This document shows positions 10,585 to 21,567 of a stretch of DNA of 64,000 nucleotides, piece by piece. Origin of the DNA: Promethearchaeota archaeon. GTDB taxonomy: Archaea > Asgardarchaeota > Heimdallarchaeia > Hodarchaeales > Hodarchaeaceae. Location: NCBI GenBank assembly GCA_048938105.1, contig JBHLMN010000013.1, positions 1-64,000 on the forward strand, written 5' to 3'. How positions within the stretch are numbered: position 1 is the stretch's first letter; every line of letters begins with the position of its first letter. The position numbers and the translations under genes were made by a program. The notes under the pieces were generated by a model. That model was not told where the DNA came from and made no database searches. It saw only the letters and a program-made list of their open reading frames with translations.

Positions 10585-10842
10585 GATAATTATCTTCATT
10601 AAAAATTAAGAATTATTCTATTAGAATTGTTTCAATACATTTTATTGGTATTTTTTCTTCGGACCATTGTTTTAATCGAATATAGCCTAGAAGACCAAAT
10701 ATTTTTCAATACTATCTTTAAATCAGGGTGCTTAAACTAGAGAATTTGATATTTTCATATCAATTCGAATCAGTTTGAATATTATTTAGGAAAGGAATTA
10801 TTAAAAGAAAAAATCCCTTAAGAAAGTTAAGTGAGTGAGAGT

Positions 10843-11694
10843 ATGCCTGAATTTCCAGAAATAGAATCAATTCGCCAATACTTACAAGCAAATATTTTAA
10901 ACGAGGTTATTTCTGAAGTAAAGACATTTCAACATACTGTGATTCGAAATCCATCAAAAGATGAATTTGAAGTCCTTTTACAAGATGCAAAATTAGATCA
11001 TATTGAACGAATCGGAAAACTACTTGTGTTTAAATTGCAGAAATTTAACCTATTTCTTCATTTATATATTGACCATGGTTTAACAGGAAGATTAGCTTGG
11101 TGTTCATCACAGGAGCTTCCAAGAAGGACTGTGTTTTTAATAAAGTTTAGAAATGAAAAAACATTAATTTATCATGATTCTAAATTACATGGTGCTGTCT
11201 GGCTATTCTCAAACATAAATCATCAACAGCTAGAGTACCCTCCAGTAATTGATAGCTGGGGTCCTGATATTACACAAATTACTGAAAACGAGTTTATCGA
11301 GAGGTTAAGGAGATTTAATGGTGAGATTAAGGGAATATTAACCAACCAAAAGTTTATTACAGGAATTGGTAATGCTTACGCTGACGAAATTCTATTTGAG
11401 GCAAAGATACATCCTTTTAATAAGCGACCTCAACTTACTGAAAAAGAAAAAACAAGACTTTTTCTTGCTTGTCGTAATACTTTATCTACTTCTATAAGCA
11501 AGATCTCTGATATGTTAAATAAAACACATAAATTAGATAATCAGCGTTATTGGCGACAACAAATTTTTAAGATTCATCTAAAAGGAAAACAACCTTGTTC
11601 TAGCTGTGGAAACCCGATTTCAACAATAAAAGCTAGAAGAATAACGAATTTTTGCCGTAATTGCCAAATTCCAAAAAATAAAAACTTTATTTAA
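10843..11694 (+). CDS. mutM: Fpg/Nei-family DNA glycosylase/AP lyase
   Basis: N-terminal MPEFPE, H2TH GIGNAYADEILF and C-terminal CSSC...CRNC zinc finger. Confidence 0.9.
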   Translation: MPEFPEIESIRQYLQANILNEVISEVKTFQHTVIRNPSKDEFEVLLQDAKLDHIERIGKLLVFKLQKFNLFLHLYIDHGLTGRLAWCSSQELPRRTVFLIKFRNEKTLIYHDSKLHGAVWLFSNINHQQLEYPPVIDSWGPDITQITENEFIERLRRFNGEIKGILTNQKFITGIGNAYADEILFEAKIHPFNKRPQLTEKEKTRLFLACRNTLSTSISKISDMLNKTHKLDNQRYWRQQIFKIHLKGKQPCSSCGNPISTIKARRITNFCRNCQIPKNKNFI

Positions 11695-11841
11695 GATTGA
11701 CAGGAATATTGTCGGTATTAAAGATCTAAAGTTTCAACATGAAAATCCTTAGGGTTTGATTAAAGCTTCTAATATCTATTTCCAAACTTATTGAAAACCT
11801 TCTTATCATCTCCTACTCATAATAATGTGAAAATTATTTGG

Positions 11842-13236
11842 ATGGAACGACCCGTGCTCGACTTTTTCTTTGAACCAAGGTCTGTAGCCATTATTGGAGC
11901 TTCTTCCGACGAAAAAAAATATGGTAGATTAATTTTCAATCATTTTGTTGTTCCTTTCCACGGTCGGGTGTACCCCATCAATCCAAACACCTCTAAAATA
12001 ATGGGCATCCAATGTTATCCTAGCGTTTTTGATCTTCCTGAGGTTCCAGATCTAGCAGTTGTGATTTTACCTGCAAAAATAGCGATTAAAGCTGTTGCAG
12101 ATATTTCCAAGCGTGGAATACCTGCAATTGTATGTATTACTGCAGGTTTTGCAGAAATCGGAAGAAATGATTTACAACAAGAATTAGTAAAAGCCTTAGG
12201 AGACTCCCGACTAATTGGGCCTAATTGTCTTGGAATTATCGATACAGAGAATCAGGTGAACACATTATTTCCCAATTTTGAATTACCAAAGAAAGGGTTT
12301 GTCTCCTTAATTTCACAATCGGGATCACTAGCAATTGACCTCTTGTTAGCCCTTCAACAGAGTAAAATAGGATTGAGAAGGTTTGTATCGTATGGAAATG
12401 GTGCAGATCTTAATGAAACTGACTTTATTCAATATTTTGGACAGGATCCTAATACAAAGATTATTGGAGCTTATCTGGAAAATGTAAAAGCTGGAAGAGA
12501 GTTTATTAAGATTTCAAAAGCTGTTGCTCGAAAAAAAGCCATTGTCGCGTTGAAGCTTCCAATGACCGAATTCGTAACAATGGCCGCTAAAAGCCACACA
12601 GGGGCGGTTGCTAGCACCTTAGGGCTTTATAAAGAAATTTTAAGACAAGCTGGAATCATTCAATGTGACTGTACTTCGCAATTTATTAATTCGATCAAAG
12701 CTCTATATAATCAACCTGCAGCATTTGGAAATCAGATAGCAATAGTGGGAAACACAGGAGGTCCCTTGGCTATGGCATTATATCGGATGAACCGATATAA
12801 TTTAAAGCTAGGATTGTTATCAGAGGAAACAGTTACTAGACTTCTGAATGTTATAAAAAAACACGGAGTTCAAACCTCTTTGTTATATGGAGAGGATAAT
12901 TCTCCAGTGGCGTTTTTAGATTTAACCGGAAGTGCGACTTCAGAGGTCATAGCGGAGGTTACACGAGTTTTCTTGAGTGAGGAAGAAGTATCTGGAATAA
13001 TAGTTGTACCACGTTCTGATGCTCCAGTTGTTTCAAAAGATGCTCCTGCACGAATTGCTCTGATTAAACAAGAGTACCCACAAAAGCCAATTCTTGTTTA
13101 TAATCTTCCTGATCCTCCTATTAACGCTGAATTCGAAAAATATGGGATTCCAGTTTTCCAAACAGCAGAAGATGCTGTTGATGGCATTTTTGCATTAGTA
13201 GAAAGGGGACGGATACTAAAACAATACCTATACTAG
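11842..13236 (+). CDS. ADP-forming acyl-CoA synthetase alpha-type subunit (CoA-binding)
   Basis: PRSVAIIGAS, GPNCLG, ISQSG and the phospho-His motif AKSHTGA. Confidence 0.88.
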   Translation: MERPVLDFFFEPRSVAIIGASSDEKKYGRLIFNHFVVPFHGRVYPINPNTSKIMGIQCYPSVFDLPEVPDLAVVILPAKIAIKAVADISKRGIPAIVCITAGFAEIGRNDLQQELVKALGDSRLIGPNCLGIIDTENQVNTLFPNFELPKKGFVSLISQSGSLAIDLLLALQQSKIGLRRFVSYGNGADLNETDFIQYFGQDPNTKIIGAYLENVKAGREFIKISKAVARKKAIVALKLPMTEFVTMAAKSHTGAVASTLGLYKEILRQAGIIQCDCTSQFINSIKALYNQPAAFGNQIAIVGNTGGPLAMALYRMNRYNLKLGLLSEETVTRLLNVIKKHGVQTSLLYGEDNSPVAFLDLTGSATSEVIAEVTRVFLSEEEVSGIIVVPRSDAPVVSKDAPARIALIKQEYPQKPILVYNLPDPPINAEFEKYGIPVFQTAEDAVDGIFALVERGRILKQYLY

Positions 13237-13245
13237 AGGATCTGA

Positions 13246-14301
13246 GTGTTGAGTATTATAGAGCCAGACAGTGATAAACAAAAAAAGATTCACGAACGAG
13301 TCCGTTCATTAATTTTGCAATCAAGTGAAAAAATCACTCAAAATATTCAGGTTACTACAGGGAGAATTTCTGACACTCGTCTGAAGAAAATCCGATCGTA
13401 TAGAGGAGCCGGAGGTAAAACATATGTTATTGAAGCAGTTCTTTCCACCTCTTTAGCAGGAGAGATTGATGGAGGGATAGTTTTGAAATTCGCAAATGAT
13501 TTAGAAGCAGAGGTTGATAATGCGGAGAAGTTAGCGAAGTTGCTTGCTTCTCGACAGACAGATTGGAATAACTGGAAAAAGAGTCATGAAATCTCATCCA
13601 GGATTCGACGGTTCCCAGATTTATTATTTGCTCCAGAAGTAATTCATGTCATTCCTGAAGTAAATGCCTTAATTCTAGAGTTCTTAGGTGGGTTTACTCC
13701 ATTACTTCAGCTTGCTGTCAAACCAGCAGACCGATGGGGATATGCTGGATATGCTTTAGCTCGATTACATGGTTCAAAACGGCAGAAAATCAATCTACAA
13801 CTTTACAATCCCATTCTCAAATTATTAAAGAAATGTATTGATGAAAAATATCTCAATTATTGGATTGAAGTCCTAGAACAATCGAAGGGTGGTGTTGAAT
13901 ATATTCACGGAGATAGCCACCTTAGTAATATACTTGTTTCCCCCACAAGAATCGCTTGGATCGACGCGATATTACTTCCTGAGCTTGATCGAATGGATGA
14001 TGTAGGTTACATTATCAGTCACGCAGTCCAAGAAAATGTTGCAGAAAAGATCGGATTTGGTATTGACGATTCAAGGTTAATTAAATCTGTTACAAGGTCT
14101 TGGGTACCTATCATTCTGACATGTTACAAACAGACATTCGATATTTCTCAGTTATACACTCGACTTCCATTGGATTTTTTCATTGGCTCCCATTTAATCA
14201 TTCGAGCTGGCTTATGGGAGAAAGAAATAGCAACTATTCTTACTCGATTAGGTCAGAAATTTATTTATGAAATGCCTATATCAAACATGCTTCAGGAATA
14301 A
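13246..14301 (+). CDS. APH/choline-kinase-like phosphotransferase
   Basis: IVLK, ALARLHG, Brenner-like HGDSHLSNILV, AWID...DD. Confidence 0.75.
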   Translation: MLSIIEPDSDKQKKIHERVRSLILQSSEKITQNIQVTTGRISDTRLKKIRSYRGAGGKTYVIEAVLSTSLAGEIDGGIVLKFANDLEAEVDNAEKLAKLLASRQTDWNNWKKSHEISSRIRRFPDLLFAPEVIHVIPEVNALILEFLGGFTPLLQLAVKPADRWGYAGYALARLHGSKRQKINLQLYNPILKLLKKCIDEKYLNYWIEVLEQSKGGVEYIHGDSHLSNILVSPTRIAWIDAILLPELDRMDDVGYIISHAVQENVAEKIGFGIDDSRLIKSVTRSWVPIILTCYKQTFDISQLYTRLPLDFFIGSHLIIRAGLWEKEIATILTRLGQKFIYEMPISNMLQE

Positions 14302-14477
14302 TAGGCTTATTTGTACGGTTTAAAGTTCCATTCTATTCATAAATAAGTACTCATTTCAGGAAACAAGATTGATAATAACTAATCGTAAATTTATCTTAGT
14401 CGGATAATGGTAGTTTTTTTGAATCTTCTCTTATGTCAAGATTATTCTTGATATTTAGGAAAAAAGGTTAGATAATT

Positions 14478-15539
14478 ATGAAGTTAGAAATTGACGGAAA
14501 GATAACTGATAGACCCGCAGTTTGGTGGGATCACAACAATGATATTGTTCGTATGATCGATCAAACTAAAATACCTTTTCAGGTTGAGGTACACGATTGT
14601 CCAACATATCGGGAAACTGTCCAGGCAATAAAGCAAATGATCATTCGTGGAGCTCCTTCGATCGGGGCTGCTGCCGCTTATGGATTAGCTCAAGCTGTTC
14701 GAGAATTTTGGAATACAGAGGAGTTTGAAGACCGAATTGAAATAGCATATAATGAGTTATTAGGAACACGTCCAACAGCTGTTGATCTTCAGAAAGGGCT
14801 TGACATTATCCGTACTATTGAACCATTGAACCCTGAAAATACTCTAAACAAGGCACAACTTTTCGCTAATCGTATTGCGGAGGAGGGCAAAAAAATTGGT
14901 GAAATTGGTAAGGAATTAATCACTCATAATATGAATATTCTTACTCATTGTCACACAGGCGCATTAGCTTTGGTAGATCACGGTAGTGCACTTTCTCCTA
15001 TTATACATGCATGGCAGGAGGGAAAACGTTTTCATGTATATGTTGATGAAACACGACCTAGATTTCAAGGTCGAATGACTGCATGGGAACTTAGTCAATA
15101 TGGTGTAAATCATACCGTAATATGTGATTCTGCGAGTGGATTCTTTATTTCACAGGGGAAAGTCGATTTAATCATTCTTGGGGCTGATCGTGTGACAAGG
15201 AATGGTGACATTGCAAATAAAATTGGCACCTATAATCTTGCTGTACTTGCGTATCGTCACAACATCCCTTTTTATACAGCTTTCCCTACATCTACCTTTG
15301 ATTACTCAACTTTAACTGGAAATGATATTGTAATTGAACAACGAGATACCATAGAGGTTAAACAAGCATCGGGGTACTCCCAGGCTCTTGATAGAAACCT
15401 TAATATTTCATTGTACACAGATAAGGTTAATTTCAGTAATCCTGCTTTCGATGTAACTCCTAACGAACTCATTACAGGATATATCACTCCTAAAGGTATT
15501 TTGAAGAAGTCTCAACTTGAAGAAGTATTATTTAACTGA
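14478..15539 (+). CDS. mtnA: S-methyl-5-thioribose-1-phosphate isomerase (eIF2B-related)
   Basis: IDQTKIP, MIIRGAPSIG, TRPTAVDL, LTHCHTGALA, ETRPRFQG, GADR...ANKIGTY and NPAFDVTP motifs. Confidence 0.9.
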   Translation: MKLEIDGKITDRPAVWWDHNNDIVRMIDQTKIPFQVEVHDCPTYRETVQAIKQMIIRGAPSIGAAAAYGLAQAVREFWNTEEFEDRIEIAYNELLGTRPTAVDLQKGLDIIRTIEPLNPENTLNKAQLFANRIAEEGKKIGEIGKELITHNMNILTHCHTGALALVDHGSALSPIIHAWQEGKRFHVYVDETRPRFQGRMTAWELSQYGVNHTVICDSASGFFISQGKVDLIILGADRVTRNGDIANKIGTYNLAVLAYRHNIPFYTAFPTSTFDYSTLTGNDIVIEQRDTIEVKQASGYSQALDRNLNISLYTDKVNFSNPAFDVTPNELITGYITPKGILKKSQLEEVLFN

Positions 15540-15816
15540 TCTAATCTAATAACCGAAGGAATCTATTGTTTACATCCTGAAATATGACAAAAAAATTACT
15601 TAAAGAATTTTTACATTTCTTTTCTGCTAAAAATTGGCTATTTAAGAGAGGTATCCATTCTTCTCTTTGATGTTCTATAATGGTGATGCGGAGGGTTTAA
15701 TTAGAACATTTTTAAATTAATGTTAAAACATATTTAATAAGAAATTATTACACTGAATAATTATCGAAATTAAGGAAAAAAATCGATTAAGAATCTGCTA
15801 TAATATTTCTTATGAA

Positions 15817-16134
15817 GTGATAGAAATGAAGGAGCTAATCAATCAAATACGTTCAGTTACAACCTTTTGTGGATTTGACATTGAATCCATAGTGTCACAT
15901 AAAACATTTATGGTAGTAGATTTAAAGTCAAAGAGCCTATTTCGTAAGAAAAGTTACCACTTGGGTGTTTCAAAGAGTTTAAATGGCATCCTGGCCGCTG
16001 AGCGGGAATTGACTCGAAATTATAAGAACAATATATTTATTCTCGATCCTATTAACCACCTCCCTGCGCCAACCTTTAATAACGTTACACTTTTCCATGA
16101 TCTTGATTCACTTCAAAAGGTTTTAAATGAATGA
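15817..16134 (+). CDS. Hypothetical protein
   Basis: 105-aa ORF directly upstream of, and co-oriented with, the GvpD-like ATPase. Confidence 0.6.
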   Translation: MIEMKELINQIRSVTTFCGFDIESIVSHKTFMVVDLKSKSLFRKKSYHLGVSKSLNGILAAERELTRNYKNNIFILDPINHLPAPTFNNVTLFHDLDSLQKVLNE

Positions 16135-16196
16135 AAATTAGCTTAATTTTAACCTTCATTTGAAGAAAATCATTGTAATTAGATGAGAGAATCTCG

Positions 16197-17609
16197 ATGG
16201 CAAAAAATAGGGGCACAATGCCTCCTGAATTTCCCGCGCTAGGTGAGATGGATCAAGGTTATTCTATTCTTATTAAAGGACTTCCTGGAACAGGAAAGTC
16301 AAGCCTAGCACTGGAATTGGTGAGCTGCATCCAAAATTCATTTTTTATAAGTACACGAATTAGTCCTGTAGTTATAATGCAAGATTTTCCATGGATATTA
16401 AAAGAAATCTCTAAAGATCGGGAATATCCTTTTTTCGTTGATGCAACACGATCAGAGTCGCAGATTTCTGAAAGTAATACACTAAAAATAAATTTCGAAA
16501 CAATGCCCGAATTTGTGCAACAGCTTTTCTCATTAGGAGCTGATCTCCCAAATAAAGTCATAGCTATTGATAGTTGGAACGCTTTAATAGCAAATTTATC
16601 TGAAAGTCAAATTAGTCATTGGGCATCTGCAATTGTCCAACATTTACGAGCAGAAACTTCTAAAATTATTTTTGTAATAGAAGGTGTGCAAGATACAAGT
16701 CTAGACTGGATTGTTGACGGTATAGTAGTTCTAAGCAAAAGAGCGATCACCTCTACTCATGGTATTCCCCGAAGAATTCGTGAATTAAGTTTTCACAAAA
16801 TGAGAGGTAGAGAGATACACAACGAAACTTATCTAGCTTCTTTAGCGAGTGGGCGGTTAAGAACTTTCTATCCTTTCAAATATCGTTTTCCTGCCATAAT
16901 TCTTAAATCTGAGGTCATTACCGACCCCGATGATCGTCATATCTCCACTGGGTCAATGGAATTTGATGATCTACTAAGTGGTGGTTTTGAACGAGGATCT
17001 TGGAATCTTTTTGAAGTGACAACTACTATTGGAGATGCTTTGGATATTGTTTTTATGCCTTTAATTACTAATCATTTAAACAATAAGCGGCCAGCAATTA
17101 CTATTTTTCGTGAGGGAATCAGTTTTGATTCAAATCAACCCTATCTCGATGTTTTCACTGGTAATAAGAAATGGATCAAACAAACGGTAAATTTCGAAAG
17201 ATTTATTCCAGAAAACACATCTAACAGATTCGAACTACCTGAAAAGATTGATCAATTGCTCGATACTATTGAAAAATCTAAGCAATCCTTACGAAAAGAA
17301 ATAGGTGGGCCTTTTCTTATAAATCTCGGGTTAGACGCTCTAGAAAATAAATATGGGATACCAGCACTTAATGAATTTATTGCAATCACAGTATCCAAAG
17401 CACGATTAGAAGGAGATGTAATTGTAGGATGGCTTAAAGAAAACCAAGAATTCCGAGGAGGAACAACAGCAGCAACCTCGCACTGGAAACTAGATTTAAT
17501 AAATCGTGCATTGGTTCTAGAGGGGATTATTCCTGCAACAGAGTATTATGCAATTTCCCCCATCCTTTCTAAAGGTTACATTGATTATAAGTTAACTCCT
17601 GTAATTTAA
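16197..17609 (+). CDS. GvpD-like/KaiC-RecA-superfamily double-domain ATPase
   Basis: YSILIKGLPGTGKS Walker A, ISTR, IAIDSW, KMRG; the second domain (ISTGSMEFDDLLSGG) lacks Walker A, as in GvpD. Confidence 0.85.
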   Translation: MAKNRGTMPPEFPALGEMDQGYSILIKGLPGTGKSSLALELVSCIQNSFFISTRISPVVIMQDFPWILKEISKDREYPFFVDATRSESQISESNTLKINFETMPEFVQQLFSLGADLPNKVIAIDSWNALIANLSESQISHWASAIVQHLRAETSKIIFVIEGVQDTSLDWIVDGIVVLSKRAITSTHGIPRRIRELSFHKMRGREIHNETYLASLASGRLRTFYPFKYRFPAIILKSEVITDPDDRHISTGSMEFDDLLSGGFERGSWNLFEVTTTIGDALDIVFMPLITNHLNNKRPAITIFREGISFDSNQPYLDVFTGNKKWIKQTVNFERFIPENTSNRFELPEKIDQLLDTIEKSKQSLRKEIGGPFLINLGLDALENKYGIPALNEFIAITVSKARLEGDVIVGWLKENQEFRGGTTAATSHWKLDLINRALVLEGIIPATEYYAISPILSKGYIDYKLTPVI

Positions 17610-17680
17610 AAGTCAAAGCCCGAAAATCTTATGAAAGCGACTTTTTTTTTCCCCTTTCTTAAAGAAGGAGTATAGATTCC

Positions 17681-19855
17681 ATGGATTTTCCTGATCCTCA
17701 TGTTCGAGAAATAATTGAGCGTTTGAAGAAAAGCATGAACTCAGATAAAATAATTGATTTGACAACAGAAATTGAAAATTTATCACTTTTTCAGAGATTC
17801 GAACTCTTTTGTTTAATTGATGATCGGAAAGCCATAAATCCAGAGTTATTTCCTTTAGAAACAAAAATCTGGGCGGTTTTTCAAGAACTTTTCCGTAATG
17901 ATTATACAGAAGCGTCATTACTTTCCGAAAATTACGAAAATAGCCTCGAGCTTGCTAAAATAGCTTTGTTGACTAAATTACTGGATTTAGAGGATTACAG
18001 AACTCTGGTTCGCTTTCTTTATACTAATGTGGAAGAATACACTCATTTCATGTTAAAATTAAATTCAAATCTAATACATGTTCTTCGAGTACGAGATGTA
18101 GGCTCTCAAGTTCTTATTTTTTTCAATCTTCTCTTACAATTTCTAGGCATTCCTTTAATTATTACGGATAAGCTGAAAAATAATCTGTTAGAGTTCTTTC
18201 CAGAGGCAGAATCTGAAATAAATGACTTCTTTGAACTACCAATCACTATGATGCAGCGTTATCCAGAGTATCTTGCCGAAATAGCTGAACAGCTTAACTA
18301 TGATAGAGATCTTCCCATTCTAAAGGATTGGTTGGATCACGAAACCCTATTTAAATTGGAACGACTAAAAATTGATCAATTCATTGAATCATGGAGACCA
18401 AGAGCTTCAACTACTGTTAATGAAATAGTTACTGATCTTAAAGGTGTTATAGCTAGTAATAATCTTAGTTCGATCCCAATTGTTTTTAATTCATTCGTAA
18501 AACCATTTTCAGGTTCTTTAAAACCTTGTGAAGTGAAATCGAGTGATTTAAGTTCAAATATTCCTCCAGAGATATTACAAAACTATGTAGAGAAGCTGGC
18601 TTACCCTATTCTAAGTCATAAAGAAATAAAAGTTAACATTACTTTTCTCGGTGGAGCTCATATAGGAACAATGGGAATCATAATATCTACTCCTCAATCG
18701 AACATTCTTATAGACTACGGAATGTCAGTATCTAATTATCAAATTCCGTATTGGAATGAGGCCTTAGAATATTTAGATGCAATATTAGTAACCCACGCTC
18801 ATCTAGATCATATCGGAGCTATCCCCTATCTTTATGCGCAAGGATACAAGGGATGTGTATTTGGTAGTGGGATGACTAAAAATTTTGCTAATTATCTTCT
18901 CATTGATAATCTTGAATTAATGAAAAAAAATATTAGTACTACAATCAGAGATATAGATCCTCGCTTCAAATATCTCTCACAATCAGCATATGTATATCAA
19001 ATGTTAGATAGATATGTAACCATTAAGGCGGGAGAAGAATATCAGCTCACTCCAGATATTGTGATCAAACCTATTCCTGCTTATCATATCCAAGGTTCTT
19101 TTGCATATCTTGTTGAATGTGGAAATAAACAAATTCTTTTTTCAGGAGATGTGAACTTAAACCCCACATCTCTTTTTGTAGATGCACCCCAGCTCCCTTA
19201 TGATGCAGATCTTTCCATAATTGATGGCACCTATTATGGCCAACCTGCTTTTGATCCAAGAAAAAGAGATGAATTACTTTTTAAAACGGTGAAAGAAGAC
19301 AATCGAGTAATTATACCCGCGTTTAGTGTCGGAAGAGCGCAGGAAATAATGATAAAGTTAGAAAAAGTGGGATTAACGAAAGAAAGAAAGGTTTCTATGT
19401 TGGGGATGGCCACAAAAGTCGCCAGAATTTCTGGATTAAAAACTGAAGGACTTTTAAGTGATCATCTAGCACAACCTTTTGAAGATGAGGTGGTGATAAC
19501 TGGAGGGGGGATGTTAAGTGGTGGATATTCGAGAGAGTTGGTAGAGGAAACTAAAGACGACCCTAATACCACTATTATTCTCTGTGGGTTCTTAGCACAA
19601 AATACATTGGGTTACAGATTGTTACATGAGTTGGAGTCTCAGTATAAACAAAAAGTAGTATTAACTAGGTTTAGCGGTCATTCCTCAAGTGAAACATTAT
19701 TATCTTACCTTAACTCTCTAAAAGGGCAGAAAGTTCTTGTTCATCTTGGTTCTCTAACTAAAGATCCCTTCACGACTGATGATATTCGAAAAACAAAAGG
19801 ATTTTTCCCCCAAGATTGTTATATTCCATCGTTGGGATCTTCTCTAGAAATATAA
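17681..19855 (+). CDS. MBL/beta-CASP nuclease with a long helical N-terminal extension
   Basis: FLGGAHIG, THAHLDH, YHIQGS, SGD, DGTY, PAFSVGRAQE and FSGH motifs. Confidence 0.88.
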   Translation: MDFPDPHVREIIERLKKSMNSDKIIDLTTEIENLSLFQRFELFCLIDDRKAINPELFPLETKIWAVFQELFRNDYTEASLLSENYENSLELAKIALLTKLLDLEDYRTLVRFLYTNVEEYTHFMLKLNSNLIHVLRVRDVGSQVLIFFNLLLQFLGIPLIITDKLKNNLLEFFPEAESEINDFFELPITMMQRYPEYLAEIAEQLNYDRDLPILKDWLDHETLFKLERLKIDQFIESWRPRASTTVNEIVTDLKGVIASNNLSSIPIVFNSFVKPFSGSLKPCEVKSSDLSSNIPPEILQNYVEKLAYPILSHKEIKVNITFLGGAHIGTMGIIISTPQSNILIDYGMSVSNYQIPYWNEALEYLDAILVTHAHLDHIGAIPYLYAQGYKGCVFGSGMTKNFANYLLIDNLELMKKNISTTIRDIDPRFKYLSQSAYVYQMLDRYVTIKAGEEYQLTPDIVIKPIPAYHIQGSFAYLVECGNKQILFSGDVNLNPTSLFVDAPQLPYDADLSIIDGTYYGQPAFDPRKRDELLFKTVKEDNRVIIPAFSVGRAQEIMIKLEKVGLTKERKVSMLGMATKVARISGLKTEGLLSDHLAQPFEDEVVITGGGMLSGGYSRELVEETKDDPNTTIILCGFLAQNTLGYRLLHELESQYKQKVVLTRFSGHSSSETLLSYLNSLKGQKVLVHLGSLTKDPFTTDDIRKTKGFFPQDCYIPSLGSSLEI

Positions 19856-19861
19856 TGATTT

Positions 19862-20701
19862 TCAATAATGATTTGGCTGCCTGTGTTTTAAGGAAGGAAG
19901 AGTAGATCTAACCTCTAGTAAAACAGACGGTTCAAGTTTGCTAGTAAGAACTTCCTCTTTCTCTGTACCTTCAACGAGAATATTCCCACTAGGATCGAAA
20001 ATTAATGAATGACCAAAGAATTCTGAGTTCGGGTCCTTTCCAACACGATTTACCCCACATACAAACAATTGGTTTTCAATTGCTCTTGCTTGTAAGAGTC
20101 TTTTCCAAACTTCATATTTCGGTCGTGGAAATTCGGCTAAATATATTAAAAAATCAGCATTTCCATCCAGCGTCACCCGGCGGCTCAATTCTGGAAATCT
20201 CAAATCATAACATATTAACAGACCTAAATTTGCACTACTTAGTGCGAAAGAAACACTAGAATGAGTAAATCCTCCGACAGAGAAGATTTTTGGTTCATTC
20301 ATGGGAGGAAATAAGTGGATCTTTCGATATTTTCCTAGAAAATCCCCATTTTCATCAATAACCACAGCTGTATTGTAATACTTTTCATTTTCTTCTACTT
20401 CTTCTTTTTCAATAATACTAGCTACAATTGTTGATGAAGTATCTTTTGCCAATTGAGTAAAAAATGTTGTAGTTTCTCCTCTAGGAATATATTCAGCATG
20501 AAGATGGACGTTGTCAAGATCATATCCAGTGGAAAACAGTTCTGGTAAGCATATAATATGAAAGATCTTGGGAGTTACTCGTGTAGAGGCTTTTTTAATT
20601 AATGAATTTGCTTTTTCAAGGTTTTCCTCTTTTTGACCAAAAGCAATGTCCATCTGAATAAGAGAGATTTGTGTTAGTTCCATATATAAATCCAAACTCA
20701 T
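19862..20701 (-). CDS. Carbon-nitrogen hydrolase (omega-amidase/Nit2-like)
   Basis: Catalytic triad in PELFSTGY, YRKIHLF and ICYDLRFPE; ARAIENQ. Confidence 0.9.
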   Translation of the reverse strand: MSLDLYMELTQISLIQMDIAFGQKEENLEKANSLIKKASTRVTPKIFHIICLPELFSTGYDLDNVHLHAEYIPRGETTTFFTQLAKDTSSTIVASIIEKEEVEENEKYYNTAVVIDENGDFLGKYRKIHLFPPMNEPKIFSVGGFTHSSVSFALSSANLGLLICYDLRFPELSRRVTLDGNADFLIYLAEFPRPKYEVWKRLLQARAIENQLFVCGVNRVGKDPNSEFFGHSLIFDPSGNILVEGTEKEEVLTSKLEPSVLLEVRSTLPSLKHRQPNHY

Positions 20702-21567
20702 TCGGAAGAATAATCTTCAGCCATTGCAACAGCAAAGCGCTTTGTTGTATATATGTGTACTAAAACGAAGATCACACCTGCACCAACAATCGAAGCAACG
20801 ACTCCAAGGATCATCTGAGAGAAATCTTCATAAGTGGTTTCAGCTTGAAATGCGAAATAAAAGAAATCCCAAAAGCCATGAATTGCAATAGGGAGGATTA
20901 AGTTATATTTTGTCGTTTTAAACACATAAGAAAAGGTTAATCCCATCATAAAGGCACTGATGAGAATAGCAAACATATCTGCTAATTGGCCTCCTGGAGC
21001 TAAAAGTAAAAGATGGAGCAGACCAAATAAAGCTGCCGATACAACAGCTGCATAAATGAAAGGGTATTTGGTTTCTATTATTTTCTGAATATAACCTCGG
21101 AATAGAAGTTCTTCTCCTACTCCAAATGCAAAAAAGGCTATAATGAGGGATAGAAGGATTCCAACAATATCAATCATCGGAAAACCTATATCTATAATAG
21201 GAAGTCCTTCAATAGTAGCAATACCGAATGTATATTCGAGAATAATTGTTGGAATAAATCCAGCAATGGTAATTGGGATACTGAGGAGGATCCACTCCCA
21301 ACCAAATTCTTTATTCCAAGATAAACCAGTCTCACTCATGGATTTCCTATCAAACTGCAAAAAAATATAAACTAAGCCAATACCTACAATTCCATTCATT
21401 GCACGAACAAGATTGGTCTCTAAGGTCTCAGGAAAGCTTTCTCCATTATTAAAAAGAGTTCTTACTATGGGAAGCACAAATCCTTGAAAACTAAAGATTA
21501 GAATTACGCAAATAGCAAAAAAAAGGATAATACGGATCCATAAGTCTTGTGTTGAATATTTTTTCAT
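20698..21567 (-). CDS. CPBP (Abi/CAAX) intramembrane glutamic protease
   Basis: EELLFRG, FGLLH and AIHGFWD motifs; multiple TM helices. Confidence 0.9.
   Translation of the reverse strand: MKKYSTQDLWIRIILFFAICVILIFSFQGFVLPIVRTLFNNGESFPETLETNLVRAMNGIVGIGLVYIFLQFDRKSMSETGLSWNKEFGWEWILLSIPITIAGFIPTIILEYTFGIATIEGLPIIDIGFPMIDIVGILLSLIIAFFAFGVGEELLFRGYIQKIIETKYPFIYAAVVSAALFGLLHLLLLAPGGQLADMFAILISAFMMGLTFSYVFKTTKYNLILPIAIHGFWDFFYFAFQAETTYEDFSQMILGVVASIVGAGVIFVLVHIYTTKRFAVAMAEDYSSE

Noticed and set aside
14478-15539. eIF2B subunit or ribose-1,5-bisphosphate isomerase
   Set aside because: The DQTKIP, IRGAP and THCHTGALA motifs fit MtnA better
15670-15710. Hairpin TGTTCTA...TAGAACA as an ncRNA or SECIS element
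   Set aside because: Short stem, no archaeal SECIS GAA/A motif and no in-frame TGA selenoprotein nearby
16197-17609. Gas vesicle or circadian clock locus
   Set aside because: No gvpA/gvpN or kaiA/kaiB nearby; GvpD/KaiC-like ATPases are widespread stand-alone archaeal regulators
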